Shown: positions 36,901 through 38,157 of the stretch, one piece after another | Layout: every line of letters starts with the position of its first letter | Position numbering within the stretch: the stretch's first letter is position 1 | Virus record (IMG/VR): IMGVR_UViG_3300043775_002644 | Coordinates: 1 to 38,157 of that record | Reading direction: 5' to 3' (one strand) | DNA length: 38,157 nucleotides | Source: a virus | Taxonomy: Duplodnaviria; Caudoviricetes | Notes under the pieces: generated by a model | Database searches by the model: none | What the model was told of the DNA's origin: nothing | The model's input: the letters and a program-made list of their open reading frames with translations, nothing else | Made by a program: the position numbers and the translations under genes

Positions 36901-37028
36901 GACTGTGATTGTGTTAACTCTCTAGCCTGTACTGCGAATGCTGGTCTAAAAAGAACTCTATGGAATTTCTTTGACTCAGCGTAGTCATCAAAGTAAGGTG
37001 AGAGGTTAAAGTCTGTTGGACTTGGCAT
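30942..37028 (-). CDS. Large baseplate-associated structural protein (DUF4815/VrlC-like)
   Basis: SPYFDDY..KFHRVLFRP..VQARELTQ.QSILQNQ, APGAHRFKI, RYTMRDIGRLEKRI..EYYTQLSLLE, RFKNGFIVDNF, DPIAQTF, C-terminal IRDLRGIAL; AGGGAG SD. Confidence 0.9.
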   Translation of the reverse strand: MPSPTDFNLSPYFDDYAESKKFHRVLFRPAFAVQARELTQSQSILQNQIERISDHLFEKGAMVLPGEIAFDLDYYAVKLTSKTFATVAEYIGKELTGVTSGVRGICVNAVVTDGTDPDTLYVKYTKTGTNNTSFSFTNGETIQARTVGVATVLATAVVNSTATGSAASIAAGVYYINGFHVSVLEQTLILDKYTNTPSYRIGLTVVESFVTSNEDVTLVDNAQGSSNVNAPGAHRFKIDLTLSKKTITSTDDADFVELLRLSNGIRQNQVRSTEYAVLEDTLARRTFDESGDYTVKEFDLDIREHLISGNNRGIYTSGNGGVETKLAAGLSPGKAYVKGYEIETIGTTFVDIDKARDFGTENNFNTRFDVENFVNVTNVFGSPDIGFVSGDVEAFKNVNLFDTFTVTRGTQQSTIDVTIPQIGRAKSRGFELNNGTASANTFSSSALTSAVYKHFLFDVEMFTHLNVKTAPAFSNGEKVTGGTSGAFGFVQSISNTKSAAVSSITVASPGVVTLNSHSFKEGMQITLTGGSFVIDSVAYTPGTVFTVKNPTTNTFQLFDAAGTTPVNVTSFSSAPTAAHGVTVLNNITGTFIEGETITGTSSAATAVIQNERYGFKGVQTFDFTQVKQVGMAGSPTYTADVAIDTTYGERYPIFGSISVANSGTTVTGFGTLFLTELKIGDSISFTDDAGDTITRIVESISSNTSLQLLTAVGGSDVSTKTVAFRNRGKLQGSNKNISIFKLPNKRIKTLKTTANGSVTDTNFNVRRHFTGTLSANGDVTITAGTNETFPALTEKDFSVSIMTLGAGPSGAVGNVLSLSGNNHEGFSTFVRGGSPTGKTLTLDFGANYAGHKVKILATVQRGVASSKTKTLNINQTVAISSQAVIQQGVIGLAKADVFKINSVFMAANFSTPATTSDTNVTSRFELDTGQRDNFYDIGRIKLKTGAIAPTGRLLINFDFFSHGSGDYFDVDSYSGVIDYEDIPTYNSDTTGIKFDLRDCLDFRPRVDDASTVISSIQDRQYSGTGNSTVDIVQFNSDVTTDLEFYLPRIDKIFLDKDGNFKVIKGASNITPQIPKGLENAMHLYTVFLGAYTLDTNDIVIDKQDNKRYTMRDIGRLEKRIENVEYYTQLSLLETQAQSLQIQDAEGFDRFKNGFIVDNFTGHGIGDVGNLDYKVSMDMAGGFVRPMHNSQSVQLIEADDDGTTILAADRTAANYQKTGDLITLPYTETTIINQPYASKYVNVNPFNVFTWAGSVTLDPPGDEWKETNRVPDLLVNQTGAFDTLVTTLGNPNLDQVEIGTVWNEWQDFWQGKPETGTTITNQREIFGRVPRPVLADVTTTTTQDIGQSRTGIRSVLVPQVVRTALGDKVLNIAFIPFIRSRTINFTATRMKPNTRVYAYFDNVDITSYITPTGGSLGGNMVTNANGAVSGTFAIPDPNNDNNPRWRTGQRVFRLTSSVTNSSTDVETSAEADYIARGSLETVQNTIVSTREPLLVRQDVNDTRSITRTSTRTTEEIVGWVDPIAQTFLIDDTAGVFVTSIECFFQSKDENIPITMQIREVVNGYPSRTIVPFGEVVLNPSSVSISDDATTATKFTFPSPVYLQEKTEYSFCLLSNCNSYNAFVARLGDTQIGSNRTISENPYAGVFFKSQNGSTWTADQEEDIKFKINRAEFENVTGTVTLVNDSLPTKTLQNNPLRTTNTSGVIRVFHKNHGMHGVNNNVTIAGVAAGTYNGITSAQINGTYTSISNITLDSYDITTAGTATATGDIGGTTVTATENRLFDVACLNLSVMTVPGTSMNYNIRTTTGKSIHGSESEFSLLTASNAISVVPDDNIYFTAPQMVASSINASNEMNSESKSLFLNLTLTTTNTKISPVLDVKRTSMVAVQNRLNNPTSANTPNFIDDTSPTGTSSAAVYVTRPITLENESTALDVRLTQNVRSSSEVLVFFRLTGAEEVRNINDLSWIAFNGDGSEDITVTPAEQDGVFKEYKYSASGLNTFTAFQIKIVMKGSISSYPPIIRDLRGIALAA

Positions 37029-37036
37029 AAATCTCC

Positions 37037-38155
37037 CTAAAACTCAATTACTAATTTAATATTTTCAGTTTGATCTGAAGCTCTCGTTATTGGTGCTCTG
37101 TTTTCAATATATAAAACGTCACCTTTATGTCTATCTAATTCTGTATCTTTATAACCATTTGTAAATGTAATTTGGTCAGCAGTTTCACTTGCTGTTGCAC
37201 TTGGTGTGCCTGTAGCACCTGAAGTTTGGCCTGTAATAATATTTACTCCTGAGAATGCTGTTCTATTACCTAAAGAACTAATTCCTTCGTCATTAAATCT
37301 TGTTTGTATGTAATGTAATATTCTATTTGTAGCGTCCCATTCAACAACTTTACCTACAGCACCTGTTGTTGATTGATTAATTTCTTCATCAACTGCAAAA
37401 GTTCCTGGTGTAGGAGAAGCAGCAAATCTCACTGCTTTTGTTCCTCTTAATGTTGAAGCAGAAGCTAAAGAACCACCTGAAAATGGATTTCTGATTAAAA
37501 CAATTCTTCTAAAATCGTTTTCTGCTGTAAAGTCACCTGTGTTTGCGGCTTCTGTTCCTTCTAAACTTACATTTAACATTACAAAGAATCCACCTAATTC
37601 TGATACGGCATTAAAACCGTGGCCACCTTTTGGTGGAATAATTACATCTATTTCTGATCCTGTTAAACTTGTTGCACCAGCAGAAACTATATCTGCATTT
37701 CTTATATAAGCAATTGTATAACCTGAACCAGCATTTGTAACTGTTACTGCTGTTACAACACCTCCTGATACTACAGCAGAAATTGTTCCGCCTGTGCCAT
37801 CGCCTCTTATTGAAATGCCTGTAAATGTTCCGTTTGTACCACCTGTACCTCCAGATTTAATTTTTACTGTGCTGATTGCGCCATCAACGGCAGCTGAAGA
37901 TATTGTAGCATCTGTAGCAACGGCCATAAAATCTGTTGATAAAAAATTTGCTTGTTGTGTTGCTGATAAAGAATACATATATTTCCACTTATAACCATCA
38001 GCAGTTGTTAAAATAGATGTAGATGTACCTGTTGGTTCTGTAGTTGAAGCTGCATTACCATTATTATCTAAACATTTGTAAACGTTTCTTGCTGTAGTTA
38101 ATACATAGAACGTTGCATCAAATAAAGTTGTTGCACCACTGTTTGCTGTTTGTGC
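37037..38155 (-). CDS. gp8: Baseplate wedge subunit gp8; 5'-partial, the frame stays open to the window edge
   Basis: Upstream of the listed Met the frame reads ...FYVLTTARNVYKCLDNN..STTEPTGT..TADGYKWKYMY; also IIPPKGGHG, NDFRRIVLIRNP and GDVLYIENRAPITRASDQTENIKLVIEF. Confidence 0.92.
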   Translation of the reverse strand, partial: AQTANSGATTLFDATFYVLTTARNVYKCLDNNGNAASTTEPTGTSTSILTTADGYKWKYMYSLSATQQANFLSTDFMAVATDATISSAAVDGAISTVKIKSGGTGGTNGTFTGISIRGDGTGGTISAVVSGGVVTAVTVTNAGSGYTIAYIRNADIVSAGATSLTGSEIDVIIPPKGGHGFNAVSELGGFFVMLNVSLEGTEAANTGDFTAENDFRRIVLIRNPFSGGSLASASTLRGTKAVRFAASPTPGTFAVDEEINQSTTGAVGKVVEWDATNRILHYIQTRFNDEGISSLGNRTAFSGVNIITGQTSGATGTPSATASETADQITFTNGYKDTELDRHKGDVLYIENRAPITRASDQTENIKLVIEF

Positions 38156-38157
38156 TG

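Noticed and set aside
37037-37978. Listed Met at 37978 as the gp8 start
   Set aside because: It is the internal Met of the conserved WKYMY motif; the frame is open to the window edge.

Overview
A 38 kb segment of an AT-rich (about 30% GC by eye), T4-like myovirus genome from the group that includes aquatic cyanophages and pelagiphages. Given the hemO-pcyX pair, the host is probably a non-photosynthetic bacterium such as an alphaproteobacterium (inference). Nearly all genes are on the minus strand. In transcription order they are: baseplate wedge gp8 (partial), a 2028-aa DUF4815/VrlC-like structural protein and two fibre-like proteins; a 13 kb island of small-molecule/tailoring enzymes (2 GT-A glycosyltransferase-like proteins, a methyltransferase-like protein, a radical SAM protein with a stand-alone SPASM-like ORF, a nitroreductase-like protein, 7 Fe(II)/2OG-type oxygenases, 3 GNAT acyltransferases, a PP-loop amide ligase-like protein and a fatty-acid desaturase); a chain of modular tail-fibre genes ending in a glycine-rich adhesin; and a second enzyme block (4 more Fe(II)/2OG oxygenases, a flavin-dependent halogenase, hemO and pcyX) followed by a partial secreted protein. 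T4 late promoters (TATAAATA) precede structural and enzyme genes alike, including two divergent promoter pairs that drive the inverted blocks of the island. The main candidate for an undescribed system is this late-expressed, fibre-linked tailoring pathway. The 4-mer GGCC is also markedly enriched. No tRNA, rRNA, CRISPR array or mobile element was seen. All calls come from motif reading, not database searches.
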